A stretch of 59,567 bases of DNA from an uncultured Bacilli bacterium. Its GTDB lineage: Bacteria > Bacillota_I > Bacilli_A > RF39 > UBA660. The notes below the pieces were generated by a model, which was not told where the DNA came from, ran no database searches, and saw only the letters and a list, made by a program, of their open reading frames with translations. Each line of letters starts with the position of its first letter. Position 1 is the stretch's first letter. The translations under genes and the position numbers were made by a program. Positions 28,949 through 39,059 of this stretch are shown piece by piece. The stretch is from NCBI GenBank assembly GCA_947625635.1, contig CANQPA010000003.1:1-59567 (forward strand). The letters run 5' to 3'.

Positions 28949-29200
28949 TCACACCCTACTTTTTAATTCTTCGTATATAGAAGAAGGTACCTCTATTTCT
29001 AATTTTTTATTTAATATTTTAGTTTCTTCCGCCTTTTTAAAAGTATCTAAATCATTTTTCAAATAGGCACCTCTACCATTTACTTTACCTGTTTTATCAA
29101 TGATTACATTCCCATCAGGTGTTCTTACAACTCTAACCAAATCTCTTTTTTCTAATCTTTCACCTGTAACTACGCAGGTTCTCATTGGTATTTTTCTCAT
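28949..29200 (-). CDS. ylxR: YlxR/RnpM RNA-binding protein
   Basis: KIPMRTCVV, GRGAYL; directly downstream of nusA. Confidence 0.92.
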   Translation of the reverse strand: MRKIPMRTCVVTGERLEKRDLVRVVRTPDGNVIIDKTGKVNGRGAYLKNDLDTFKKAEETKILNKKLEIEVPSSIYEELKSRV

Positions 29201-29207
29201 ACTTCAC

Positions 29208-30392
29208 CTACTCCAAAATATTAATTCCGGCTTTCTTTACTTGATCTAAAGTCTTAACATCCAATCCATAACCTGTAAGACGAGATGCTAGTTTTACATT
29301 TATTCCTTTTTTACCTATGGCTAAACTTAAATTTTTGTCATCTACCACAACCATAGTTTCTTTAGTTTTTTCATCCAAAATAAATACTCTTACATCTTTA
29401 GCAGGTAATAAAGCATTTTGTATAAATTCGACTGGATCTTTTGAATACTTAACTATATCTATCTTTTCATTACCTAATTCTTTTAAAATATTTGAAATTC
29501 TAGTTCCCTTCTCGCCTATACAAGCTCCTACTGGATCTACATTACTATTTTCTGAATATACAGCTATTTTCGTTCTATTACCTGCTTCTCTAGCTACGCT
29601 ATAAATTAACACAGTACCATCACTAATTTCAGGTATTTCAAGCTCAAATAATCTCTTTATAAATCCAAAATGTTTACGGCTTAAAAGTATTAAAGCTCCT
29701 TTAGAATTAATATCAACTTTACTTATATATACTTTTATATTTGATCCCATTTTTATATTTTCGCCTGGAATTATTTCAGTTTTGGGAAGTAATCCTTGCG
29801 TCTTACCTAAATCTATATAGTAATTTTTTTCATCTTCCATTTCAACAATTCCAGTCATCATTTCATCTTGTTTTTCACCAAATTCTGTTGCTATATTATT
29901 TCTTTCTGCTTCTCTTACCTTTTGTATAATAACCTGTTTAGCAGTTGCTGCCGCAACTCTACCAAAATCAGCAGGTGTAACTTCTTCTTCAATCGTTTCG
30001 CCAACTTTAATATCTGGATCAATTTTTTTTGCATCTTCCAATGTTATATGTATTTTTTCATTAAATACAAATGGACGATATCTAAATTCTTCTGGTAGAT
30101 CTTCTAAATTTTCATCATTTAACTGTTCTTCTGTTAATTCCTCTTCCTCTCTCATTGGAATCTTATCTTCATCCAAAGAATCCTTATGTGTTTTATCTAA
30201 AACAACTGTTTTATATGAGAAAAGTTTAAAGTTAAAATTATCTTTATCTACTTCTAAACGTACATTAGAAAGTCCATAATTTTTTTTATATGCACTGGTC
30301 AAAGCAAGTACCATAGAATCAAATATGTAATCCCTATCCATTCCCTTTTCTTCTAATAATTTTAATGCCTTCTCGAATTCTTTACTATTCAT
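29208..30392 (-). CDS. nusA: Transcription termination factor NusA
   Basis: FGRVAAATAKQ, AREAGNRTKIAV, AIGKKGINV; start moved to 30392. Confidence 0.96.
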   Translation of the reverse strand: MNSKEFEKALKLLEEKGMDRDYIFDSMVLALTSAYKKNYGLSNVRLEVDKDNFNFKLFSYKTVVLDKTHKDSLDEDKIPMREEEELTEEQLNDENLEDLPEEFRYRPFVFNEKIHITLEDAKKIDPDIKVGETIEEEVTPADFGRVAAATAKQVIIQKVREAERNNIATEFGEKQDEMMTGIVEMEDEKNYYIDLGKTQGLLPKTEIIPGENIKMGSNIKVYISKVDINSKGALILLSRKHFGFIKRLFELEIPEISDGTVLIYSVAREAGNRTKIAVYSENSNVDPVGACIGEKGTRISNILKELGNEKIDIVKYSKDPVEFIQNALLPAKDVRVFILDEKTKETMVVVDDKNLSLAIGKKGINVKLASRLTGYGLDVKTLDQVKKAGINILE

Positions 30393-30648
30393 ATTTTTCA
30401 CATCCCTTCTCCTTGGAACAAACATCAAGTATGTAACTACCTTCTATATAATCTATTTCGTCTAACAATGGATCAATAATTCGTGTAACATTTACACAAT
30501 CTTCTACACTAACAACACCATCTTTATCAATTATAACTCGTAAAAAACAATTTCCATCTTCTTTTACATATAAAACGTCATCTAAAAAATATCCCTCATT
30601 TACAACATAATCATTTATTAAAGATTTTACCTTATTTGCAATATCCAT
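30385..30648 (-). CDS. rimP: Ribosome maturation factor RimP, N-terminal domain only
   Basis: LRVIIDK.G.V.VEDC..V...IDPLLD...Y.LDV; first gene of the nusA operon; only 87 aa. Confidence 0.8.
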   Translation of the reverse strand: MDIANKVKSLINDYVVNEGYFLDDVLYVKEDGNCFLRVIIDKDGVVSVEDCVNVTRIIDPLLDEIDYIEGSYILDVCSKEKGCEKYE

Positions 30649-30668
30649 ATATACCTCCTTACTAACTT

Positions 30669-30700
30669 AAAGAGTGGGATTCCCCACTCTCGTTGCAACA
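30669..30700 (-). promoter_or_regulatory. rimP leader hairpin
   Basis: AGAGTGGG-N4-CCCACTCT at 30671-30690, matching the GAGTGGG/CCCACTC leader known upstream of Firmicute rimP. Confidence 0.75.
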
Positions 30701-30786
30701 TAATAATTATAACATATTTTTATATATTTTAAAACTTTTTTTGATTTTTTACTAAAATTTGCTATAATATAATAGATGGTGATTTT

Positions 30787-31494
30787 ATGACAGCTGCAAA
30801 AAATAAAGATTTTAAAAATATGATTATAGGAGTTGGAGTAATACTATTATATTTAATTATGTCCCAAATACCCCATGAACTAATTAATCTGATTGGAATA
30901 AATTATAATAACTTAAATTTAACAATTAAAACTGTTTATTTAGCATGTTATCAAGCTATTTTAACACTTATAATAATATATATTTATAGAAAAGATATTA
31001 TTCCTGATTTTAAAATTTTTGTTAAAAATAATGTTAAATATTTTAAAAAATATATTAAATATTGGTTTTTAATGTTAGGATTAATGGTATCAAGTAATTT
31101 AATTATTACTATATTTACAACAACGCAGATATCTGACAATCAATCTATTATTATAGATACATTAAAAACTGCTCCTATTTATACCTTTGTTATTACAGTT
31201 TTAATAGCACCAATTTTAGAAGAATTGGTATTTAGATTATCATTTAGAAAAATATTTTCTCATACCAATATACTATTTATCATTACATCTGGATTGGTTT
31301 TTGGCTCAATGCATGTTCTTGGAACTTGTACTAGTTTAATAGACTTATTGTTTATTATACCATACAGTATCCCAGGATTTATATTTGCATACTGCTACAT
31401 TAAATCTGAAAACATATTTGTTCCTATAAGTTTACACTTCATTCATAATGGAATAATGATGGCACTTCAAATTCTACTTTTCATTCTAATATAA
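30787..31494 (+). CDS. CPBP (CAAX/Abi) intramembrane metalloprotease
   Basis: APILEELVFR, FGSMH, LHFIHN. Confidence 0.9.
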   Translation: MTAAKNKDFKNMIIGVGVILLYLIMSQIPHELINLIGINYNNLNLTIKTVYLACYQAILTLIIIYIYRKDIIPDFKIFVKNNVKYFKKYIKYWFLMLGLMVSSNLIITIFTTTQISDNQSIIIDTLKTAPIYTFVITVLIAPILEELVFRLSFRKIFSHTNILFIITSGLVFGSMHVLGTCTSLIDLLFIIPYSIPGFIFAYCYIKSENIFVPISLHFIHNGIMMALQILLFILI

Positions 31495-31546
31495 AATATT
31501 GTACAATAAAAATATTTAAAAATTTAATTTAATCTTATTTACATAT

Positions 31547-31575
31547 AAAAAAGAAGCTATTATGCTTCTTTTTTT
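31547..31575. terminator. Bidirectional terminator
   Basis: AAAAAAGAAGC-TATTAT-GCTTCTTTTTT. Confidence 0.7.
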
Positions 31576-31726
31576 ACATCATATCTTCTAGTTTTTTATT
31601 TGCCTTTTTCATAGCCTCATCAGCTATATCCTCTAATTTTTCCATCACTGGCTCACTATATTTTTGATAAGCTAATACAGCTCCAGCACCAACTGCTATT
31701 AAAGCCATTGATCTTAATAATTTCAT
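31574..31726 (-). CDS. Small 50-aa membrane-anchored protein, absent from the ORF track
   Basis: MKLLRSMALIAVGAGAVLAYQKYSEPVMEKLEDIADEAMKKANKKLEDMM; GAGGTGA RBS; terminator right after the stop. Confidence 0.8.
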   Translation of the reverse strand: MKLLRSMALIAVGAGAVLAYQKYSEPVMEKLEDIADEAMKKANKKLEDMM

Positions 31727-31797
31727 TATATCACCTCACTAGAAATATGATACCGTATATAAAATAAATTATATACAATTATATTTTTTACAATAAT

Positions 31798-34011
31798 CTA
31801 ATTTTTATTCAAATATTTTAATAGTTTTTCAAGTAATCCAGTTTTTCTTAATCTTTCATTATTGTTCGTTATACCAAATATAAAACTTCTAGGCTCACCT
31901 ATTAATATTAATTTCTTTTTTGCACGTGTTATGCCTGTATATAAAAGTTTTTTATATAGCATTCTTTTATATGAAGAACTAATTGGCATTATAACGAGAT
32001 CAAATTCACTACCTTGACTTTTGTGTATACTTATTATAAATCCGTGTTTAAACTTATTAAAATCTTTAGAGGTATATGTAACTAAATGGCCATAATAATC
32101 TATAGTAATTTCAGATTTACCACTTTTGCCCTTATAATCAATATTTTTAATTACACCTATGTCTCCATTAAAAACATTATTATCTGGATCATTTACTAAA
32201 TGCAACACTTTATCGTTTTCTCTATAAATAATATCTCCATACTTTATTTCTTTTTTTCCTGTTTCTGACGGATTAAATACATTCTGCAATACTTTATTTA
32301 TATTATCTATACCATTAACTCCAGCGTACATCGGTGCCATAAGTTGTACTCTTTTATAATCATATCCTTTAGATATTACTTTTTTCACAATATTTACTAA
32401 ACTAGGTAAAATAGACTCATTAGAGCATTGTAAAAATTTATAATCATCTCTATCTATCAAAAAATCATCTTCTACTGTTTCGTTTTTGATATCATTAGCA
32501 AGTACAGGTATATAACTGGAATCGTCTTGTCTATAAAGTAAATCAAGACTAATTACATCTATAATATCGCTTTCTATTAAATCTTTAAGCACATTACCTG
32601 CACCAACACTTGGTAATTGATTATAATCTCCAACAAGTATTAATTTTATATTATTAGTAAGACCTCTAAGTAAGCTATCCATTAAACGATTATCTATCAT
32701 ACTAACTTCATCTACTATTATTAAATTAGAACTATCTTTATTATATTCATTTACCATAAATTCATTTGTATCCTTATTCCATTTCAAAAATCTATGAATA
32801 GTATAAGCAGGCATAAGCGTTGATTCACTCATACGTTTGCTTGCCCTGCCCGTTGGGGCAAGTAAAGCAATATTTGAGACTAAATCTTTATCGTTAAATT
32901 TATTTAATGTTTTATAAAGTTCTACTATTGCCTTTATAATTGTAGTTTTGCCAGTCCCAGGTCCACCTGTAATTATAGTGATGTTATTTTCTAAAGACTT
33001 TATAATTGCTTCTTTTTGCATATCACTATATTTTATTTTGTTCTTATCCTCAAGCTCTGATACTCTCATATCTATATTTTTATATTTAGTTACTTCTTTA
33101 TTTATTAAATAATGTATTTTGCTCGCTATATTTTCCTCAGCTTCAAAATCATCAAACAAATAATATTTATCATTTTCTATTTTGATTTTTAATTCTTCAT
33201 CTAGTTCATATATTGCTTCTTCAAATAATGTATTATCTATCTCAGTTTTTAAATAAAAGGAGGCATTATCATATATTTCATTAATAAACATATATGTATC
33301 TCCATTACTAAAACTCAAATTTTTCATAATGTATAAAATGAGTGCTTTAATCCTATTTATGTTAAAATCATCATCGTTTAACTTTATAGCTATTTCATCT
33401 AGTTTAGTAAAACTTATTTCATCTACATCATCAATTATTCTATATATATTGTTTTCAATCACTCTTATTGTATTGCTTTTATATGTATTATAAATAGATA
33501 ATGCATCTCTTAAAACAAATCCAAGTTCTGTTAGCTTTACTATAACTTCTGACGATTCTTCGTGTTTTTTTAATGTATTATATATTATATTTATTTTTTC
33601 TTCTGATAATTTTGGCACTTCATATAGAGAAATTTTATCATGAAGTATAATATCTATTGCGTTGATACCTAATTTATCTACAATACGTGTAGCTAAACTC
33701 TTACCAATACCTTTAAATAAATCACTCGATAAAAACTCTATAACACCATCTTTATCCTCAGGTTTAACTCTTTCACATTCTTTAACACTATATTGCATTC
33801 CATATTTAGGATGTTCTACGATCTCCCCATACATAATATATTTTTCATTTTCATTTAATTCTGCAAAATAACCTGTAAATGTTATAACTTTATTAACATA
33901 ATCTTTCAAATCTACAATATTTGTTTCAAGTACTTTTAATAAACCTATTATATAACCTTTATTACTTTTAAATATTGTTTGCCTAAATATTCCTTTTATA
34001 TAATCTTTCAT
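31798..34011 (-). CDS. recD2: RecD2-like helicase
   Basis: HPKYGMQY, GGPGTGKTT, APTGRAS, IHKSQGSE, YTGITRA. Confidence 0.95.
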   Translation of the reverse strand: MKDYIKGIFRQTIFKSNKGYIIGLLKVLETNIVDLKDYVNKVITFTGYFAELNENEKYIMYGEIVEHPKYGMQYSVKECERVKPEDKDGVIEFLSSDLFKGIGKSLATRIVDKLGINAIDIILHDKISLYEVPKLSEEKINIIYNTLKKHEESSEVIVKLTELGFVLRDALSIYNTYKSNTIRVIENNIYRIIDDVDEISFTKLDEIAIKLNDDDFNINRIKALILYIMKNLSFSNGDTYMFINEIYDNASFYLKTEIDNTLFEEAIYELDEELKIKIENDKYYLFDDFEAEENIASKIHYLINKEVTKYKNIDMRVSELEDKNKIKYSDMQKEAIIKSLENNITIITGGPGTGKTTIIKAIVELYKTLNKFNDKDLVSNIALLAPTGRASKRMSESTLMPAYTIHRFLKWNKDTNEFMVNEYNKDSSNLIIVDEVSMIDNRLMDSLLRGLTNNIKLILVGDYNQLPSVGAGNVLKDLIESDIIDVISLDLLYRQDDSSYIPVLANDIKNETVEDDFLIDRDDYKFLQCSNESILPSLVNIVKKVISKGYDYKRVQLMAPMYAGVNGIDNINKVLQNVFNPSETGKKEIKYGDIIYRENDKVLHLVNDPDNNVFNGDIGVIKNIDYKGKSGKSEITIDYYGHLVTYTSKDFNKFKHGFIISIHKSQGSEFDLVIMPISSSYKRMLYKKLLYTGITRAKKKLILIGEPRSFIFGITNNNERLRKTGLLEKLLKYLNKN

Positions 34012-34067
34012 AAATCCACCTAATAATATTTTATCACATAAAAACTACCTATTGGTAGTATAAATTG

Positions 34068-34478
34068 TTATTTTCCCTTGGCTGACTTAATTATATCGTT
34101 ATAGGCGTCTAAAACTTCATCTGTTTTTTCTCGTTTGATTTCATCATTATCTACTAACTCTATTTCATTAATTTTATCTGCAACAGCATTTAATAATTCA
34201 TCTTTAGAATAATCACCATCAGATAAACCTAAAATAGTATACGGAGTAATTTCCTCCCATTCTATTTTAGGTGATTTTATGTCATTTTTTGATAAATATC
34301 TATTGACGCAAAATTCCAATAGCTCACAATCATCCTTACTTAAATTTTCATTTAAATATTTTTTATCCGTTAACATTCTTAAGAAATCTAAACCATGTTT
34401 TTTTGATATTTCTCTAGTTTTTTCAAGGAAACACCTTAATCTTTTAATTTGTGCCTGATTCACATCCATATTATTCAT
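34068..34478 (-). CDS. Hypothetical protein with a degenerate J-domain-like C-terminus
   Basis: PYTILGL...VLDAYNDI pattern, no HPD. Confidence 0.6.
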   Translation of the reverse strand: MNNMDVNQAQIKRLRCFLEKTREISKKHGLDFLRMLTDKKYLNENLSKDDCELLEFCVNRYLSKNDIKSPKIEWEEITPYTILGLSDGDYSKDELLNAVADKINEIELVDNDEIKREKTDEVLDAYNDIIKSAKGK

Positions 34479-34496
34479 CCTTTCTAATTATTCAGT

Positions 34497-35390
34497 TTAG
34501 TCAACATGTCTATTTAAATTAATAAATTCAAAAACTTCCTTAACAGTTTTTTCAAAATTATTAAAATTAACATTAAACCAATTTACATTTAACTGATTAT
34601 TATTCCAAGTATACTGCCTCTTGGCATATCTTCTACTTCTTAATTTTATCAACTCAATAGCATCATCTTTAGTAATATATCCGTCAAAATATTTAAATAA
34701 TTCTTTATAACCTATCGGTGTCATCACAGCCTTACTTCTAATATTCATATCATAAAATTTTCTTGCTTCTTCTAGTAATCCGTTATCTAACATATTATCA
34801 ACTCTTTTATTTATTCTATCATATAATATATTCCTATCACAAGTAAGACCGATAAATATAGCATCATATAATAATTTATTAGTTTTCTCTTTGTTACTTA
34901 AAATTTCATTTGTATTTTCGTAATAATTTAAAGCTCTTACAATTCTTTTTCTATTATTTGGATGAATTGTTGTTTTACAATCAATAGTTTTTAACATATC
35001 ATAAAGTTGCAAAGTAGTATAATTATCGTAATTATTAAAACTATTTTCATTTTTAAATTTATAATCATACAAAGCCGCTTTAATATAAAGTCCAGTTCCT
35101 CCTACGATTATAGGAACTTTACCCTTATCAAATATTTCTTTTATTTTTTTTCTACAATCTTTTTGGTAATCAAATACAGTATAATTTTCATCTATAGTTT
35201 TAATATCAAATAAATGATGTATAATTCCTTCTTTTTCTTTTTCTGTTACTTTAGCTGTTGCAATGTCAAGATCTTTATAGACTTGTGTACTATCTGCATT
35301 TATAATCTCACCGTTTAATTTTTTAGCAAGTTGTATACTTAACTTAGTTTTTCCTACTCCAGTTGGGCCCAATATTACTATTACTTTCAC
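34497..35390 (-). CDS. miaA: tRNA dimethylallyltransferase
   Basis: GPTGVGKT, INADS.QVY, VGGTGLY, YAKRQYTW. Confidence 0.97.
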   Translation of the reverse strand: MKVIVILGPTGVGKTKLSIQLAKKLNGEIINADSTQVYKDLDIATAKVTEKEKEGIIHHLFDIKTIDENYTVFDYQKDCRKKIKEIFDKGKVPIIVGGTGLYIKAALYDYKFKNENSFNNYDNYTTLQLYDMLKTIDCKTTIHPNNRKRIVRALNYYENTNEILSNKEKTNKLLYDAIFIGLTCDRNILYDRINKRVDNMLDNGLLEEARKFYDMNIRSKAVMTPIGYKELFKYFDGYITKDDAIELIKLRSRRYAKRQYTWNNNQLNVNWFNVNFNNFEKTVKEVFEFINLNRHVD

Positions 35391-36360
35391 TTATAACTCC
35401 TTCTAATTTTCTTATAGTATCAGCACATTTATAAATAAATGGCATTGGATTATTTATATCAAATTGTAACAAATCAAACACTTTATTTATTGATAAGTTA
35501 GAAAAATTTTCATTTAAATATAATATTTTTTGATCACTTAGTTTTGGTTCATCAATTAATTTTATAACTATTATTCCGCCAAGCAAATAACTAACATAAT
35601 TTTCAAATTCAAATATATCATCCATAAAATTTTCACTTTCAGTAAACTCTATTAAATCATCTATATTTTCATCATCTATTTCACAATTCTTATCTATAAA
35701 CTTAATGTTTTCTTTATTTATAGTACCAGTATGATAAAATGTTTCCAATATTATACTACAATAACAAGCATTATTAGCCGAATTCTTTACAATATCAAAT
35801 ATAATTTCATAAACACACTTATAATAATTTTGAATACTATATCCTTTTTTGTATAAAAATAAATAATACCTTAATTCCATATAAAAAGAAATTAACTCTG
35901 TGTAAATACTTCTACACATACTATCTTTTGCAGTATTAATATAATGAAAAAATTCATGTAAAATAGAAGCGCCATCACTTATAGTATTATATATTGGTAC
36001 ATTAATCCCTCTTGATTTTCCTTGTTCAATATTTATTGGAGAATCAACTCTATTATCACTTTCATTCAAATTTTCTATATGAAAAATATCAAAAGTTCCA
36101 TCAATCATAGCTCTATCAAATTTTTTTACATAATTGGGTTCAATTTCATTTAAAAATTCTTTAACTAATTTAAATGTATCAAATATATCCATTTTTTCAT
36201 ATTCAAAAGGTATTAGATTATCAGATAGTAAATGATCGCATTCATATAACAAATAAACACCAACTAAATATATATTATAAAATAAATTTATAAATTCTGA
36301 ATCTAACTGCTCTACTTCTTTTAAATATTCTATTAAATTTTTTTCATTTTCCTTACTCAT
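35344..36360 (-). CDS. Hypothetical protein with an HExxH zinc-peptidase-like motif
   Basis: ILHEFFH followed by YTELIS; acidic; no signal peptide. Confidence 0.65.
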   Translation of the reverse strand: MSKENEKNLIEYLKEVEQLDSEFINLFYNIYLVGVYLLYECDHLLSDNLIPFEYEKMDIFDTFKLVKEFLNEIEPNYVKKFDRAMIDGTFDIFHIENLNESDNRVDSPINIEQGKSRGINVPIYNTISDGASILHEFFHYINTAKDSMCRSIYTELISFYMELRYYLFLYKKGYSIQNYYKCVYEIIFDIVKNSANNACYCSIILETFYHTGTINKENIKFIDKNCEIDDENIDDLIEFTESENFMDDIFEFENYVSYLLGGIIVIKLIDEPKLSDQKILYLNENFSNLSINKVFDLLQFDINNPMPFIYKCADTIRKLEGVISESNSNIGPNWSRKN

Positions 36361-36366
36361 AAACAC

Positions 36367-37395
36367 CTACTTTATAAACATACTGTCCCCAAATGAAAAA
36401 AATCTATATTCATTTTTGACAGCTTCACTATATGCATTCATAATATTATCCTTACCGGCTAAAGCACTTACTAACATTATTAGAGTACTTTTAGGTAAAT
36501 GAAAATTAGTAATAAGGGAAGTTATAGCTTTAAAGTGATAACCAGGATATATAAATATATCTGTCCAGCCACTACATTCTCTAAACTCACCATATAAATT
36601 CATTATTGTTTCCAATGTTCTTGTTGTTGTAGTACCAACACTTATTATTCTATTATTATTTTTCTTAGCATCATTTAAAACTTTTGCAGTTTCATCACTC
36701 ATTTGATAAAATTCACTATGCATTTTGTGTTGAGTAACATCTTCTACTGTTACAGGTCTAAATGTTCCAAGTCCTACGTGAAGAGTAATATATTCAATTT
36801 TTACACCTTTTTCACTTATTTTATTCATTAATTCTTTGGTAAAATGAAGGCCAGCTGTTGGAGCCGCTGCACTCCCCATATTCTTTGCATAAACTGTTTG
36901 ATATCTATCTTTATTTTTTAATTTTTCATGAATATATGGAGGTAAAGGCATTTCACCCAATTCATTTAATATCTCATAAAATATTCCTTGATATATAAAC
37001 TTTAATATTCTTATACCTTCTTCTTTTATTTCAATACATTCAGCTTTTAATTTATCAGAAAAATTAATTATTGTTCCTAATTTTACCCTTTTAGCTGGTT
37101 TACATAAAACTTCCCAAGTATCTTCATTATTTGAAAATTTTTTTAACATCAAAATTTCAATAGTAGCCTTTGTTTCATTTTTGATTCCAATTAACCTTGC
37201 AGGCATTACTTTTGTATCATTTAATACAAGAACATCTCCCTTTTTCAAATAATCTACAATGTTTTTAAAATATGTGTGTGTAATATTACCTTTTTTTTTA
37301 TCTAACACGAGTAATCTTGACTCATCTCTTTTGTCAATTGGATTTTGAGCAATTAATCTTTCTGGTAAATAAAAATCAAAATCATCAGTTTTCAT
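36367..37395 (-). CDS. queA: S-adenosylmethionine:tRNA ribosyltransferase-isomerase
   Basis: [31 protein letters not shown]. Confidence 0.98.
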   Translation of the reverse strand: MKTDDFDFYLPERLIAQNPIDKRDESRLLVLDKKKGNITHTYFKNIVDYLKKGDVLVLNDTKVMPARLIGIKNETKATIEILMLKKFSNNEDTWEVLCKPAKRVKLGTIINFSDKLKAECIEIKEEGIRILKFIYQGIFYEILNELGEMPLPPYIHEKLKNKDRYQTVYAKNMGSAAAPTAGLHFTKELMNKISEKGVKIEYITLHVGLGTFRPVTVEDVTQHKMHSEFYQMSDETAKVLNDAKKNNNRIISVGTTTTRTLETIMNLYGEFRECSGWTDIFIYPGYHFKAITSLITNFHLPKSTLIMLVSALAGKDNIMNAYSEAVKNEYRFFSFGDSMFIK

Positions 37396-37486
37396 AATAG
37401 ACCTCCAACAGTTTTAATTATAACATTTTATTTAATTATGTTCAATACAAAAATAAAGATAGAAAACTATCTTTATTTTTCAATTT

Positions 37487-38620
37487 TTATGATAAATTTG
37501 ATTTCATTAATTCTATTACAGGTCTAACGCCTAATTCATTTTCAGTGTCTACACCACTTTCATAATATAAAGTACCATATTGTAAGTACCAAGCTCCTTT
37601 TTTACCATTTTGAGTACCAGTTGTATCTAAAGTCCAATAACCACTTATACCTTGTATACTTTGAAATTTATTAATCATCTCCTGTGCAATACCATCTTGG
37701 TTATATTCACTAATATAATTCGAAGCCCATAGTGGACACCCCACATTTGACTCAGTACAACCTACTTCATTCATTTCAACTGAACTTGGAAGTCTGGACT
37801 TTCCACTTATATTAACAGTATTGTACCCTCCAATGTCCTTACCAGTATTAATATAAATTTGATCTAAAGATGGTATATTTGTCCATGATTTAGTTGCTTG
37901 TTTTAAATATTTTAAGGCAGTAATAGGTCCAACCGTAACGCCTTGGTTATCACTATTCCATTCCTCATGACTTACATTAACAAAATCTAAATTATTAATC
38001 CAGGCAACCAAACCTTTATTTGACTCAGTCGCTGGTTCACCATTAGAATTTATATTTCTATCCATGATTAACTTAACTTTTTCTCCATCTACACCAAGTA
38101 TAAAAAAATGATAACTATCTACTTTATTTACTTGACAAATATATTCATCCCCAGGATTATAAAGTCCAACTGGAACATTACCAGTCGTTTTTGTAGCCTC
38201 TGTTACGGAAGAACAAATAGGTTTATATATATATTCGCATCCATCAACATTAACTGGATTTACTTCATAATTAAAATTCAAAGTACCATACTTAGAAACA
38301 TTTGATATTATCTTTATTTTTAAATCATCTGATATTGCTTCATTAGTTCTTGGATCAAGTACATTTGGATTTATTAATCCATCTACTTTTAAATCATGTA
38401 AAGTTATATAAGCACAATTACCTGCATCTGGTAATCTGTTTAAATTATCCGATCCCCATTCCTTTGCTGCTGCCTCTATTGATAAAATTTGGGTTTCATA
38501 CAAATCATTTTTAGAATCTGTAACCAATTTTGTTATTGCTGTACTTGCTAATAAAGACAATAAAGAAAGAACAATTATAACCGCTAATAGTTCTACTAAT
38601 GTAAATCCACTTGAACGCAT
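37487..38620 (-). CDS. Type IV pilin-like protein with a C-terminal CLec-like (DUF6273-like) domain
   Basis: G/FTLVE prepilin site; C-terminal RLPS..E, GYWT, AWY, GVRPVI. Confidence 0.8.
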   Translation of the reverse strand: MRSSGFTLVELLAVIIVLSLLSLLASTAITKLVTDSKNDLYETQILSIEAAAKEWGSDNLNRLPDAGNCAYITLHDLKVDGLINPNVLDPRTNEAISDDLKIKIISNVSKYGTLNFNYEVNPVNVDGCEYIYKPICSSVTEATKTTGNVPVGLYNPGDEYICQVNKVDSYHFFILGVDGEKVKLIMDRNINSNGEPATESNKGLVAWINNLDFVNVSHEEWNSDNQGVTVGPITALKYLKQATKSWTNIPSLDQIYINTGKDIGGYNTVNISGKSRLPSSVEMNEVGCTESNVGCPLWASNYISEYNQDGIAQEMINKFQSIQGISGYWTLDTTGTQNGKKGAWYLQYGTLYYESGVDTENELGVRPVIELMKSNLS

Positions 38621-38641
38621 AACATCCTCCTTTTTATATTA

Positions 38642-39040
38642 TTAATATACATACTGACAATCTGCAACACTATTAGCATCGACCTCATAATTTAATATCA
38701 AATTGCCTCGTTGACCTTTAATTCCAGTAATTTTTATTATCATATCATCGGATAATTCTTCAAGTGTTCTAGCATCTATAACATTTGAATCAAGAGTACC
38801 AGCTTCTTTTAAATCTTCTAAAGTCAAATATTTACATTCTTCAATATCTGGCAATTTATTTAAATTATCTGCAGCCCAAATTTTAGCAGCCTCTTCAATA
38901 GCTAATATTTGGGTTTCATATAAATCATTCTTTGATTCACCCAATAATTTTACTATTGCTGTACTTGCTAACAAAGCTAATAAAGAAAGAATAATTATAA
39001 CCGCCAATAATTCTACCAATGTAAATCCATTCTTTATCAT
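38642..39040 (-). CDS. Type IV pilin-like protein
   Basis: NG/FTLVE; paralog of the N-terminal ~130 aa of 37487-38620. Confidence 0.88.
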   Translation of the reverse strand: MIKNGFTLVELLAVIIILSLLALLASTAIVKLLGESKNDLYETQILAIEEAAKIWAADNLNKLPDIEECKYLTLEDLKEAGTLDSNVIDARTLEELSDDMIIKITGIKGQRGNLILNYEVDANSVADCQYVY

Positions 39041-39059
39041 ACCATCACCTATTATCTAC

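Noticed and set aside
37487-37650. Active DGR variable repeat
   Set aside because: No reverse transcriptase or template repeat is in the window and the codons lack a clear NNY bias. It is kept only as a hypothesis.
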